Source of the DNA: Schmidtea polychroa
Taxonomy: Eukaryota
Assembly: GCA_044892525.1 (NCBI GenBank)
Contig: CM097885.1
Location: 53,508,001-53,572,000, forward strand
Reading direction: 5' to 3'
DNA: 64,000 nucleotides
Made by a program: the position numbers and the translations under genes. The notes under the pieces are model-generated. The model did not search any database. It worked only from the letters and a program-made list of their open reading frames with translations, and was not told the origin of the DNA. This document shows, piece after piece, positions 1 through 11,232 of the stretch. How positions within the stretch are numbered: position 1 is the stretch's first letter; the number at the start of each line of letters is the position of its first letter.

Positions 1-1135
1 AGAAAGGTAAAAAATTGCAGCAGGACGTTATTAATATTGTTGTTAATATTATGTTCCACAGAAGTTGTTGAGACAGCCACATATTTGTTAATTTAAAGTT
101 TTTTGTATTATTCTTCGTTTTACTAGATATTTGTAACTATTTCATAAATAAATTATTCTTATTAATGAAATTTGTAAATATATATCATATTATCGGAAAA
201 GAAAAAAATCAAAAATGTAAACCATATTTTTTGACGGGGAGTATTGTGGGGTTGTGGGCCTTGACCTAAATCTTTACCATTGTTTACCGCTGCAAAGAAA
301 CTAGTTCCCTCTGTTATCATCACTCGACTGACATTCACTAGAAACCCCAATCCAAAACATGCTATAACTAGCCTGCACCCTTCTCCCGCCATGAATGACG
401 TTGGAACTGTGCAACCTGTGTGGAACCCGAAAATAAAATTGAGAACCCCCTGGGGCTGCTAAATCTCTGAATTTCACCGGTTCATGATGTCGATAGAGGA
501 CACCTCCTTTCAATGGGGTGTCCCATCTGTACTTAGATCAATGAGTACCTAATATTTCAAATGTAACTCAAAATAACACAATGGTGAAAATTAAATATAT
601 AATTGTTACAATAACGCGAAGTTCTAAACTACTAAATGTCACAACAATTTTCAAGTGTCAAGGGGGATGTTCCCGAAGGAACTCCTTCGCAATCTGGTTG
701 ATAGTTTGCATTTCCTGACCACGCCGAATCCGTCGTTAGGCCAGTTTATTCTTCTGCGGTGGCCTTACTCGTTGGCTGTGGATAAGGCCACATTATGAAA
801 GGATATGGACATTTGAAGGATATGGATAATAGTTAAATGGAAATAATAATAATAATAATGATAATAATAACAATAACAATAATATCGTGAAATTATTATT
901 TTGGAAAGTGAGAATGGTGACTATGAGGAAAATGAAAGATTCTAAAAGTTTTAATTTGCAATTTGTTAAATTTTAAAATATTTTTATCGAAAAATATTTT
1001 AAAAAGAAGATTGAAATTTAGTATTTTTAAAAATATTTTTATCGAAAAATATTTTAAAAGAAAGATTGAAATTTTTTTAAATAACAAACAAAAGAAAAGA
1101 TAAGTTCTGAGTGTATAATTTATTAAATAAAATTT

Positions 1136-3918
1136 ATGGAATTATCTAGTAATTTGCAAACCGATATTAATGTTTTAACGGACGAGAATCCTAGTTTGGT
1201 GGCAAACACCGACGCGATCACCGAAAGATTATTGCCAAAAGTGTTTTGTCAAGGAGAAGTTCATTAGAAGATGCGAGATTTATTTCGATGCTAAAGGCAT
1301 CACGCATAAAAAAGAACACGAAAGATTGACTGCATGTATGATCGACGAGGATTTATTGGAGAAATTTGCAAAGACACTTAAAATAGCAGAAGGGTTTCAA
1401 GCCAGGTTACGGATCGCATTTGATTACGAAAGAGACGTAATAAAGGATATGGAAAGTTTATTGAATTCTAAAAGAAGAGACGAAGAGATTGAAACATATT
1501 TTAAAAAAGTGGAAGATCTTGTCGACAGGTTGTTCGAGAATAAAAAATTCACCAAAGAGAAGTTGACAGAAAAGATGTTGATAGTAGGTGCTGAGAATAA
1601 AGAAGTTGAGAAAGAAGTAATATTGCGGAAGATAAAATGCGTAGAAGACATAAAGGAAACATTAATTCTGATGGATTAATTCTGATAAAGTGGAGAAACA
1701 GAGAGATCAGATAAACGCTATGAAAAGTTACGCAAGAATGGTCTATCAGAATCCACTGAGAAGAGGACAGTACAATGAAAGAGAAGAAGGCAGGCGACGA
1801 GAAGACGTGTCACAGAAGCGAACATATAAGTAGATAAAAAAGTGCAAAGATGTTTTTGGTGTGGGAAAGAAGGTCATATAAAAAGATTTTGTTAAGAAAT
1901 ACGGTGTAAAAGATGCAACAAAAATGGTCATAGATCTGAAGAATGTTATACAAAGTCGAGTTACAAGAAAACGATAGAGAAACAAAAGCCGACAGGAAAG
2001 AGATACAGTCGGATTAATGGAATCGAGGAAGAAGTGGAAAGGGAATCGTGTTTAGAGATAAATGAAGATAATTCTAGTAAGACGTACCCAAACAACCGGG
2101 CTCCACCAGTAGAGGATTTGGTTGGAGCAAGATACTAACAATAAAGTGGATGGGATATCCTCAAGGGGTAGAAAAGTGGGAGAATGTAGAAAGGATAAGC
2201 GAGAAAGTATAGAGGTTCCTAAGGAGAGAAAAGTTTGAAGAGGAAGTGGAAAGAATTGGAACAATAGAAACGGGCAGGATGTAGAAATTGTATTTAACAA
2301 GTTACAGGGAAGACCTAGTGTAACAGTAATGATAAATGGAGAAATTTTCGACTGTTTATTAGACACCGGAGCACGAATAAATGTAATGAGTGTGAACTGT
2401 TTTAACAAGTTACAAGGACAACAATTGATGAGAAGCGACGATAAGTTACGATGTACAAACGAAATTACGATAGAGACAATTGGAAGAAAAAAGGTTCAAG
2501 TAACTATCGGAGGTATTTCCAAGGAAGTGATATTTTTTGTGGCGGAGAAAGTGACACGAGAGGTGATTGGAGGAGTAGAATTACAAGAAGCATTTGGATG
2601 TAGGCTGGCAAAAAAGAAAGATATCGAATCTAGTGAAAAAGACAAGAACATTATTTATAACATCGAAGCAAAATTCGGCAGACAAATAAAAGATGGAGAA
2701 CGATTGAGGCGAGCGTTGGAACATCTAAAGATTAATGAGATAGTAAATTAAAGAAAATAATAGCGAACAGTGGAAACGTGTTTATGGCGGATAAATGGGA
2801 TGTGGATCGCACGCATTCGGTAAAGCATAAGATAATTACAAGAGGTGAACCGATAAACATAAAACCATATCGTCAACTATTGAATTTGGAAACAAAAATT
2901 GAAGAAGCAATACAAAATTTGTACGAAAAGGGGATTATACGGAAATGCAACTGCCCATGGAACACGCAGTTATTCTTGTATGGAAAAAATAAAAAAGGAT
3001 ATAAGGCTATACTTGGATTTCAGACAGCTCAACGCAGTAACAGAGAGGCAGGCATTCCCAATGCCAAATATAAACGAGATGTTGGATTTGTTATGAGGGT
3101 CCGTTTTTTAGCTCAATCGACCTTGGTAATGCATATTGCCAGGTAGAGTTAGATGAAGAAGCACAAGAGAAAACAGCCTTCTCAACAAATAAAGGGCAAT
3201 ACTGTTTCAATAGAATGTCATTATGAATTGCTACAGCACGAGGTACATTCCAGAAAATGATGACAAAGGTAATAGGCAAAATAAATGGAGCAATGGTGTA
3301 TTTGGATGATATTCTGATTTATTCGAGCAGTAAAGAAAAACATACAATACTCAGTGAAGTATTAAAAGCAACCGAGGAAGCAGGACTAAAAATTTACCAA
3401 GAAAATTGTAAAATAATACAGAAAGAAATCAGATTTTTAGGACACATAATCAGTAAAAAAGGAGTAAAAACCGATCCTTCTAAGATTCAGGCTATACAAA
3501 ACTTTGGGAAGCCAAGTTGCGTAAAGAAACATCGAAGCTTTCTAGGCATTTGCAATTATTATAGAAGATTCATCAGTGAGTATGCAAGGAAAGCAAGGAT
3601 GTTAGAGGATGTAGCGGTCCGAGTAACAAAAAACTGGAACGGACTGAAGGAACGAATAAAGTATTCGAGGGATTGAAGTTAGCACTCACAACGGCACCGA
3701 TCCTATGCTTTCCGGATCTGAGAAAGGAGTCCATTTTAGATACTGATGCCAGTTTTGATACCATTGGAGCAGTGCTTTCACAAAGAGATAAAGATGGAAA
3801 GGAGAAAGTAATTGCGTATGGATCACACTCGATGACCAGCCATGAAAAAGTATATTGCATTACAAGAAAGGAACTATTGGCGGTATACTATTTTTGTATT
3901 CATTTTAAGCATTATTTC
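1136..3918 (+). pseudogene. Degenerate gag-pol of element A (gag 1136-2138; PR-RT-RH to 3918)
   Basis: ORF fragments 1326, 2329, 2778, 2899, 3257 and 3673 align to element B gag/pol. Confidence 0.9.
2087..2128 (+). promoter_or_regulatory. Putative -1 ribosomal frameshift signal, element A
   Basis: CCCAAAC, 6-nt spacer, stem GCTCCA-CCAG / TTGG-T-TGGAGC. Confidence 0.72.
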
Positions 3919-4235
3919 TGTTAGAAGCTATAACATTTAATTCTTCTGTCATCAAAATAAATTACTAAGACTATTAAATCCAAAATTATATTTCATTAAA
4001 TCTGATTATATAAACAAATATTCTTGGGACATTTTCTAAATTTTAATTTCAACCAAATATCAACATACCATCGCATTCATACTTGAATTTCAATTTTATT
4101 AAAGATTATTTTATTTTAAAATTTCAATTATCATTTCAATTTTAATATCTTAAAATAATTTAAGTTTCAATCAAAATTTTACAAATTTTAATCATGAACT
4201 AATTTAATTTAGTATTTTAATTTTAACTCCTCACA
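3919..4235 (-). repeat. 3' LTR of element B
   Basis: Direct repeat of 8662-8978, preceded by PPT. Confidence 0.95.
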
Positions 4236-7200
4236 TCCCCCTTTTTTAAAATGTTTGATCTTCTCAACATTTCTGACTACCATCTTCCCATTTTGATCTT
4301 TAAGTAAGTAACTCCGTTCATGTATTTTCTTTATCACTTTGTACGGCCCTTCCCACCTTGCATCGTCTTTATTTCGAATTTCTTGTTTGATCAAAACCAA
4401 ATCTTCCATTTCAAAATCTCTCACTGTTTTGCTTATTTTTGGTTTTAGTGTTTTATCCTCTATTCTCTTTTCCATATCTTCTCTATTTATTTCTTTATTT
4501 GAGTACCATTTCATTCTGTCGATTTTCCTCCCAAATATAATCTCTGCTGGGCTTACTCCCGTTGTTTTTTGAACTGTTGCATTTAAAGTATATTCTATTT
4601 CTGGCACTATATCAGCCCAGTTTTTCCTTCCTCCTTCATTCAATGACGCGTTAATATACTCTCTGATTGTTCTGAATTGTCTTTCAATAATACCATTCGT
4701 GTTATGGTGATATGGGCTTGAGAAAATTAATTCAATGCCAGCTGCCTTTGCTAGTTCTTTTATACTTCTTGCTTCAAAGTTCTTCCCACAATCTACATGA
4801 AGTTCTTTTGGAGCTCTAAACTTTAATATCCATTTATTTAATAACGTCTCACTAATTGTTTTTTCGTCTTGCTTGTTTATGGCCGTTAATGAGATGTATT
4901 TACTATAGTGGTCAATGATTCCGCAAATATATTTCTTTTTGTTGAACGTTTCTTTCAATGGCCCACATATATCCATATATATCTTCTCGAATGGTTCTGT
5001 ACTCTTTATTGTTTGAGTTTCCTCCTTTGTCTTGGTTGTTATCGTTTTCATTTTCTGACATCTTTCGCAGTTCTCAATTACCTTTTTTACTTCCGTTGCT
5101 AAATTTTCTATGTCGCAGTTATTCTGGATATATTTCGTTACTTTCTGTGCACCTGCATGGCACAGCAATACGTGTACTTCTTTTATCATCCTCTGTCTAT
5201 TATCTGACGGTATCCATATTTTACCTTGCTTAGTTAGTACCGTGTTGTTTTCCATTATGAACTTACAATCTTTATTTTCTAACTTATTCTTTATTTCTTG
5301 GACCTCCATATTGTCATTTTGCCACTTGTTATATCCGCCTTCTGCTGTTACTGTTAATATTCTGGTTTTAATTTTGCCGGTTTTTGGGTCTTCGTGTTCC
5401 ATCATACACTGTACACATGTTCCGCAAGTTTTCCTGGATAGCATATCCGCGTTTGTATGGCTTGTTCCTTTCCTGTATTCCATTTTAATATCCAGGCTGC
5501 TTAAATAGTTGATCCATGTCTGGAATTGAGCAGTTATTGGTTTCTTCGTTGTTACCATAAACGTAATAGCTTTATGGTCCGTTCTCAGTACGAATCTCTT
5601 ACCATATAAGTAATGGTTGAAATGTTTACAAAAATAGTATATTGCCAATAATTCTTTTCTGGTAATGCAGTATCCTTTTTCGTGGCTGCTCATCGCATGT
5701 GAACCATATGCAATGACACGTTCATGTCCTTTTTCATCCTTTTGCGAAAGAACTGCTCCAATAGTATCGAAGCTCGCGTCTGTGTCTAATATAAATTCTT
5801 TTTTTGAAATCTGGAAATACCAATACTGGGGCGGTTATCAATGCTTCTTTCATTTCCCCGAAAGCCTTTTCACACATCTCTGTCCATCTTATTTTCTCAT
5901 TGTTTTTTCCGCATATGCTTTCTAGTGCTCTTGCCTTCTTTGCATAGTCTTTTATGAACCGTCGATAATAGTTACAGATACCCAAAAAGCTCCTCAGATT
6001 CTTTACACATTTTGGCTTTTGAAATGATTGTATTGCTTCTATCTTAGTATTATCTGTTTGTATGCCGTCTTTATTTATTATGTGTCCCAGAAACTTCACT
6101 TCTTTTCTAAATATTTGACATTTTTCGGGGTTCAATCTTAGTCCTGCTGTTGCGATCTTCCCTAGGACTTTTTCAAATATGTCATAATGGTCTTCTTCTG
6201 TCTTTGTGAATATTAGGATGTCGTCTAAATATACCATCACTCCATCTTTCCACAAATCTTTCAATACTTTCGTCATTAATTCTTGAAATGTTCCTGGTGC
6301 CACTGCAATACCGAACGGCATCCTGTTAAAACAGAACTGTCCTTCTTTTGTTGAGAATGCTGTTTTCTCTTGAGATTCTTTATCTAACTTCACTTGGTAA
6401 TAAGCATTTCCCAAGTCGATTGAGCTAAAATATCTGGATCCGTGTAGGATGTCTAAAATTTCATCTACATTTGGCATTGGAAATGCTTGTCTTTCTGTTA
6501 TCTTGTTTAATTGTCTGAAGTCTAGACAAAGCCTGATGTCTTTTTTCTCTTTCTTCCATACACAAACTAAAGTTGTGTTCCACGGTGAATTACACTTCCT
6601 AATTATTCCGTTGTTTTCTAGATTTTTTATTGCTTCCTCAATCTTGTCTTCCAAATTTATTGGCTGACGTCTCGGTTTAATCATTATTGGCTCTCCTTTC
6701 GTGATGATCTTATGTTTTATAAGATTGGTACACCCAATGTCCCATTTATCTGCCATAAAAACATTCTTGTTTGCCTGAAATATTTCTAACAGTCTCTTAT
6801 TTCCGGTAACCTTTAAAACGTCGATGGCATGACGTAATCTTTCTTCATCTGTTATAATCCGCCCAAATCTAGCTTCTATTTCGCAAATGAAATCACTACG
6901 TTTTTCATGTTCTTCTAGTATACATTTCAATTCTATACCAAATAACCTTTGTAGTTCTACTCCTCCAATAATTTCTGGTATTAAATTCTTTACTATAATG
7001 AATTTTACATTTCTTTCAATACTGCCCATTTTAACATTGATGTTTATTTTACCCATAGTTTCTAATCTACTGTTGTTTGCACATCTTAGCGATTCCCTTG
7101 TTTCTAATATTTCGATATTTTCTAATCGATCAATTACAGATTTAGCGATCACATTAATTCGCGCTCCTGTATCCAATAAACAATCTACTTTCCGCCCTTG

Positions 7201-7629
7201 GATATCCAGTGTTGTACTCGGTCTACCTTGCATTATATTATATGTTATCACCGGACCTTTTTGTTCTTCTACTGACAAAATATTCTGCTCTCTAGTATCT
7301 TCTACAATTTCATTAATACACACGTCTCCATTTTTCTTGAGGAATTTGTAAATTTTCTCTATAGTTCTTTCCTCGTGTTTTACTAATTCATTTACTTTAC
7401 ACTCCTCTTTAAATTTTTTCTGAATTTCCTTATCATTCGACATTTTGATTTCTACACTACTATTATTATTAATATCACGTTCAAAAACACTACAATCTTT
7501 ATCAATCATACAATCATCATACATACTTAAATTACACATACCGTTAGCATTCATTCTTTGGTTGAAATCAATATTACTTAGTAAATTGCTCCGATCAATG
7601 TCCCGTTTGACGGAGCGTGCTCGTTTGGG
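4209..7629 (-). CDS. pol: Pol of element B (protease, RT, RNase H, integrase with GPY motif); one extra base in a homopolymer near 5800
   Basis: LLDTGA, YLDD, DAS, H-H-C-C zinc finger, D-D-E core and WEGPY in ORFs 5734..7554 and 4209..5693. Confidence 0.93.
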
Positions 7630-8695
7630 TCATTCTCCCTGTTATATTCGTCTGGCTGGCTTGACTGTTTTGTATTCATCATCTCATCATCAGACTCGAT
7701 AGCTGCAATATCTTTTCTGTTATATTGGTGTTTCCCCATTGTCTTTGATGTACGTTCCTTGATTGATACATATCTTCCCTTTGTTGATAGGTATTTCTTT
7801 GAATTCTTCCTCCTGACATCTTCCTTTGGTCTCGATCTCTTCCTTGATTTCGTCTTTCCATATTTGTGTAGCACTCTCTTTCTTTGTGTCCTCGTGCATT
7901 GCATCTATGACATTTGATTGTTGGGCATTCTCTTCGTATGTGACCTTCAACACCACATGCATAACATTGAAATCTTCTTTTTATATTACATTCTCTGCTA
8001 CTGTGTCCCGGTTTTTGACACGTCCAGCATTCTATCACTTTAATTCTTGTCTCTGGTTTCCATTCGTTGATTTTTCTCTTCGTGGCTCCAACTTGTACTA
8101 CATCTCTATAAGTTCTTCCCCCAGTTGTAGGTCGTATTGATCTCACCGTGTTTACTTGTTTAATAACCTTGTTAACTTTTTCTATTTTCTTTATAGTTTC
8201 TTTAATTTGTTCCGCCGTTTTGAGATCTTTCATTTCGATTTCTTTCCTGACTTCTTTATCTTTTACACAATGTGTCAACAAACATTTCTGAATTTCTTCC
8301 TCATTCCAAGTGTGTGAGGCCAATTATTTAGTCATTTTTGATATTTTCTCTATAAATATTTCCGCTGATTCGTTACCTTGCTCGTAGTTCAAGGCTTCTC
8401 TTAAGTCATCAATCAATGACGTTGGTCGATGAAAAGCTGCTCTTAATTTCTGTTCAACGGTTTTACCTTCTGCGGTTTCATATTCTTCAATCAAAGTCCT
8501 GTCCAGAAGTGTAATAACTAGTACCATTTGGGTCTTCACTGGTGTCTTCGTTATTTCAAAGAACCTCTGACATTCTTTGATAAATAATTCGAGGTCATCT
8601 CCTCTGTGGAATTTTTCTGGAAGTAATCTTCCAATAAGCAGATCCGTTGGAATGATCGCCATGTTAGAAGCTATAACATTTAATTCTTCTGTCAT
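7578..8695 (-). CDS. gag: Gag of element B, three CCHC zinc knuckles; in-frame stop at 8324-8326 and a frameshift near 7735
   Basis: ORFs 8324..8698, 7679..8323 and 7578..7904; C-terminus PNEHAPSNGTLIGAIY* matches element A PNNRAPPVEDLVGARY*. Confidence 0.88.
7588..7629 (-). promoter_or_regulatory. Putative -1 ribosomal frameshift signal (C CCA AAC plus stem-loop), element B
   Basis: Heptamer in gag frame exactly where the -1 pol frame opens; 6-nt spacer; stem GCTCCG-TCAA / TTGA-T-CGGAGC. Confidence 0.75.
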
Positions 8696-8978
8696 CAAAA
8701 TAAATTACTAAGACTATTAAATCCAAAATTATATTTCATTAAATCTGATTATATAAACAAATATTCTTGGGACATTTTCTAAATTTTAATTTCAACCAAA
8801 TATCAACATACCATCGCATTCATACTTGAATTTCAATTTTATTAAAGATTATTTTATTTTAAAATTTCAATTATCATTTCAATTTTAATATCTTAAAATA
8901 ATTTAAGTTTCAATTAAAATTTTACAAATTTTAATCATGAACTAATTTAATTTAGTATTTTAATTTTAACTCCTCACA
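8662..8978 (-). repeat. 5' LTR of element B
   Basis: Direct repeat of 3919-4235. Confidence 0.95.
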
Positions 8979-10498
8979 ATTTCTACGGAGAGAGATTCAC
9001 GTTAAGAACAGACCACAAGGCGATCACGTTTATGATGACAACCAAGAAGCTAATCACTTCACAATTTCAAACCTGGATCAATTATTTGACCAGTTTAGAT
9101 ATAATTATTGAATACAGAAAGGGTGTTAATCACCAAAAAAATGAAGATAGCCGATAATATAAAAGATCGATATATTGGGAAAACCCTGTGGAGTCAGATT
9201 CAGGAAACTATTCGAAGTTGTGAGACTTGTCAAAAAACCAAGGCTATAACAATAACAACGAAGAAACCAGTAAAAAAACTGAATTCAACCGAAATGTTAG
9301 AAATTATTTTCGTGGATATATGTAAGAAACCAATGCAAGAAATAAAATGACGTAAGTATATATTGGGTATAGTTGACCAGTTTAGTAAGTATCAAATAAA
9401 CTAAAGATTTTATTGATATTATTTAGTTTTTATGAAAATATCTATTCAATTTAAGGTGTGAAATAGCAGTTCTCTTGACCATGTTCTAATTATAAACATT
9501 TATCCTCTAATTTAAGTAAAATAATGTAATAATTCCAATATAATAAAACGCGTCAGTTCAATCTATAAACTCATAGAAAGTGACAGATTGGTGTAAATAA
9601 AAGCGTGTAAATGTGGAAAATATTTACAGTCAATTTTTCATTAAATCAAACAGCAAAAAGCCCTTTAGTAACAAAATCAAAAGATATTAATAAAATTTGT
9701 TTTTTTACTAAAAAAATTGAAATTATTTTTAGTCTTCATTAATTTTTCTTCACTTTTATCAATAGAAATATTTCATGGTAATCCTTAATCGACAATGGAC
9801 GTAATAATTGCCTTTTCAGATCTGATTTTTGATGTAACATCTTTTATCAATTGTCGCTTTTTGTTTTTCAATGAATTATTAGTGTATATATTTAGTGTAT
9901 ATTTAGTGGCCATATATCATCTTCATATTGGATTTACATAAATGCCAACCACTATTTCTACAATATCAACATATTTAAATCTTAAGTGTTTTTTTTCAAT
10001 GAAGATGCCAACTCGATCATTTGGGAATTATTAAATTTCTACTTCTAATGACTTTTAGTCATGTTTTAAAAATAAAACACCATTATCCTAAAACATCAAA
10101 CTATTAAAAATTTTTCAGCGGAAAATTGAATATTTTTTAAAGTAGTTTAAAATAAATTGAAATAGTTTAAAACAATTAAGTGATAATTTATTATTTTTCA
10201 ATCGCTCGAACCGAACTTCTGATCTCTAAATATTTCATGAGAAGTATCATTCTATCGATAATTTCTACAGGTGGTTTCAGTGTATAATCCGCAAGGGGAT
10301 CCCATCTCGAAATAGCCATTTAGGAATTTTCGATGTTTGCTGCTAAAACATCTTTTAAATTATTTTTTAAATCCGGTTCAAAAGTTAACGTCATAATTCC
10401 AAGTATTTATTTAAAGAAATATTGTATAATTTCCAAATAAATTTTCAGCGTTGAATAAAATATTTCAAAAAACCATTTATTAAAATTTCGATATTTAA

Positions 10499-10729
10499 CC
10501 ACTTAATGTACACATTTATTTTGAATTTTGTGTCAAAAACTTATCGAAATATAAAAAATAATATAATAAAGAAAGTAATTCAAAAAAATTAAATAATTAA
10601 ACAATTCAAACAACACGATATACGTAAATATCATAAGTAAATATAATGTTCGCCCGTTTATGTCACGTGCGCGTACAAAATTGCCAGTAAGATGCGCCCG
10701 TATATGTCACGGGCACGTACATTAAGTGG
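10499..10729. mobile_element. piggyBac-like MITE
   Basis: 13-bp TIR CCACTTAATGTAC / GTACATTAAGTGG with TTAA on both sides. Confidence 0.7.
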
Positions 10730-10739
10730 TTAAAATATA

Positions 10740-11232
10740 TTTATTTAAAAATGATCCGGTTAAAAAGCTGTTTAATTTAAAAATTTAAAAATTTCAGTTT
10801 AAAAATTATTTTCAAAGTTATTTTAAATAGTCAATTATTTATCATTTAAAATCATCTTAATAATTTTTTGAAATATTTAACTCTCACCTGAAAACACCTC
10901 ACATCCCCCTTCTTTAAGAAATTTCTTCATCTTTTCAACATTTCTTTGAAGCATTTTCCCATTTTGGTCTTGTAGCAGATATCAGTGATCATGGATCTTC
11001 TGTATGGCCCTTCGTATCTTTCCTTGTCTTTCGTTCTTGATTCGACTTTTACTAGTACCTCATCTCCAATATTGAATGATCTTTTTGTTTGCGTTGTTTC
11101 TCGTGTGTCTTCTTTTTGTGAAATTGGCGCTTTACTATGAAATTGTTCTCGAGTTATTTTTCTTCCAAATATTACTTCTGTGGGACTTAGCCCTATTGAT
11201 TTCTGAAATGTTGCATTCATGGTAAATTCAAT
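10740..11232 (-). mobile_element. Gypsy 3' fragment (integrase C-terminus, PPT, partial LTR)
   Basis: ORF 10927..11220 (SPTEVIFGRK, YEGPY), then GAAGGGGGA-TGTGAGG junction at 10903. Confidence 0.85.

Larger units (their letters stand above)
3919..8978 (-). mobile_element. Full-length young Ty3/Gypsy LTR retrotransposon (element B)
   Basis: Two 317-bp LTRs (TG...CA), one mismatch seen by eye; 5-bp TSD ATTTC at 3914-3918 and 8979-8983; PBS-like TGGCGATC; PPT AAAAAAGGGGGA; domain order gag-PR-RT-RH-IN. Confidence 0.97.
922..9395 (+). mobile_element. Older degenerate Ty3/Gypsy LTR retrotransposon (element A), split by element B, 3' truncated
   Basis: LTR-like 5' part (homologous to 47250-47495). 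Gag has CCHC knuckles (CFWCGKEGHIKRFC, CKRCNKNGHRSEEC), followed by protease LLDTGA, RT YLDD and RNase H DAS. Removing element B restores HFKHY-F-YGERFTLRTDHKA. Integrase fragment at 9108-9395. Many stops and frameshifts. Confidence 0.9.

Noticed and set aside
4339..7702. Plus-strand ORFs overlapping element B
   Set aside because: They are antisense shadows of the pol/gag frames.
7729..7737. G GGA AAC as a second programmed -1 frameshift in gag of element B
   Set aside because: Element A reads through the equivalent region in one frame and no downstream stem is evident; more likely a 1-bp lesion or sequencing error.
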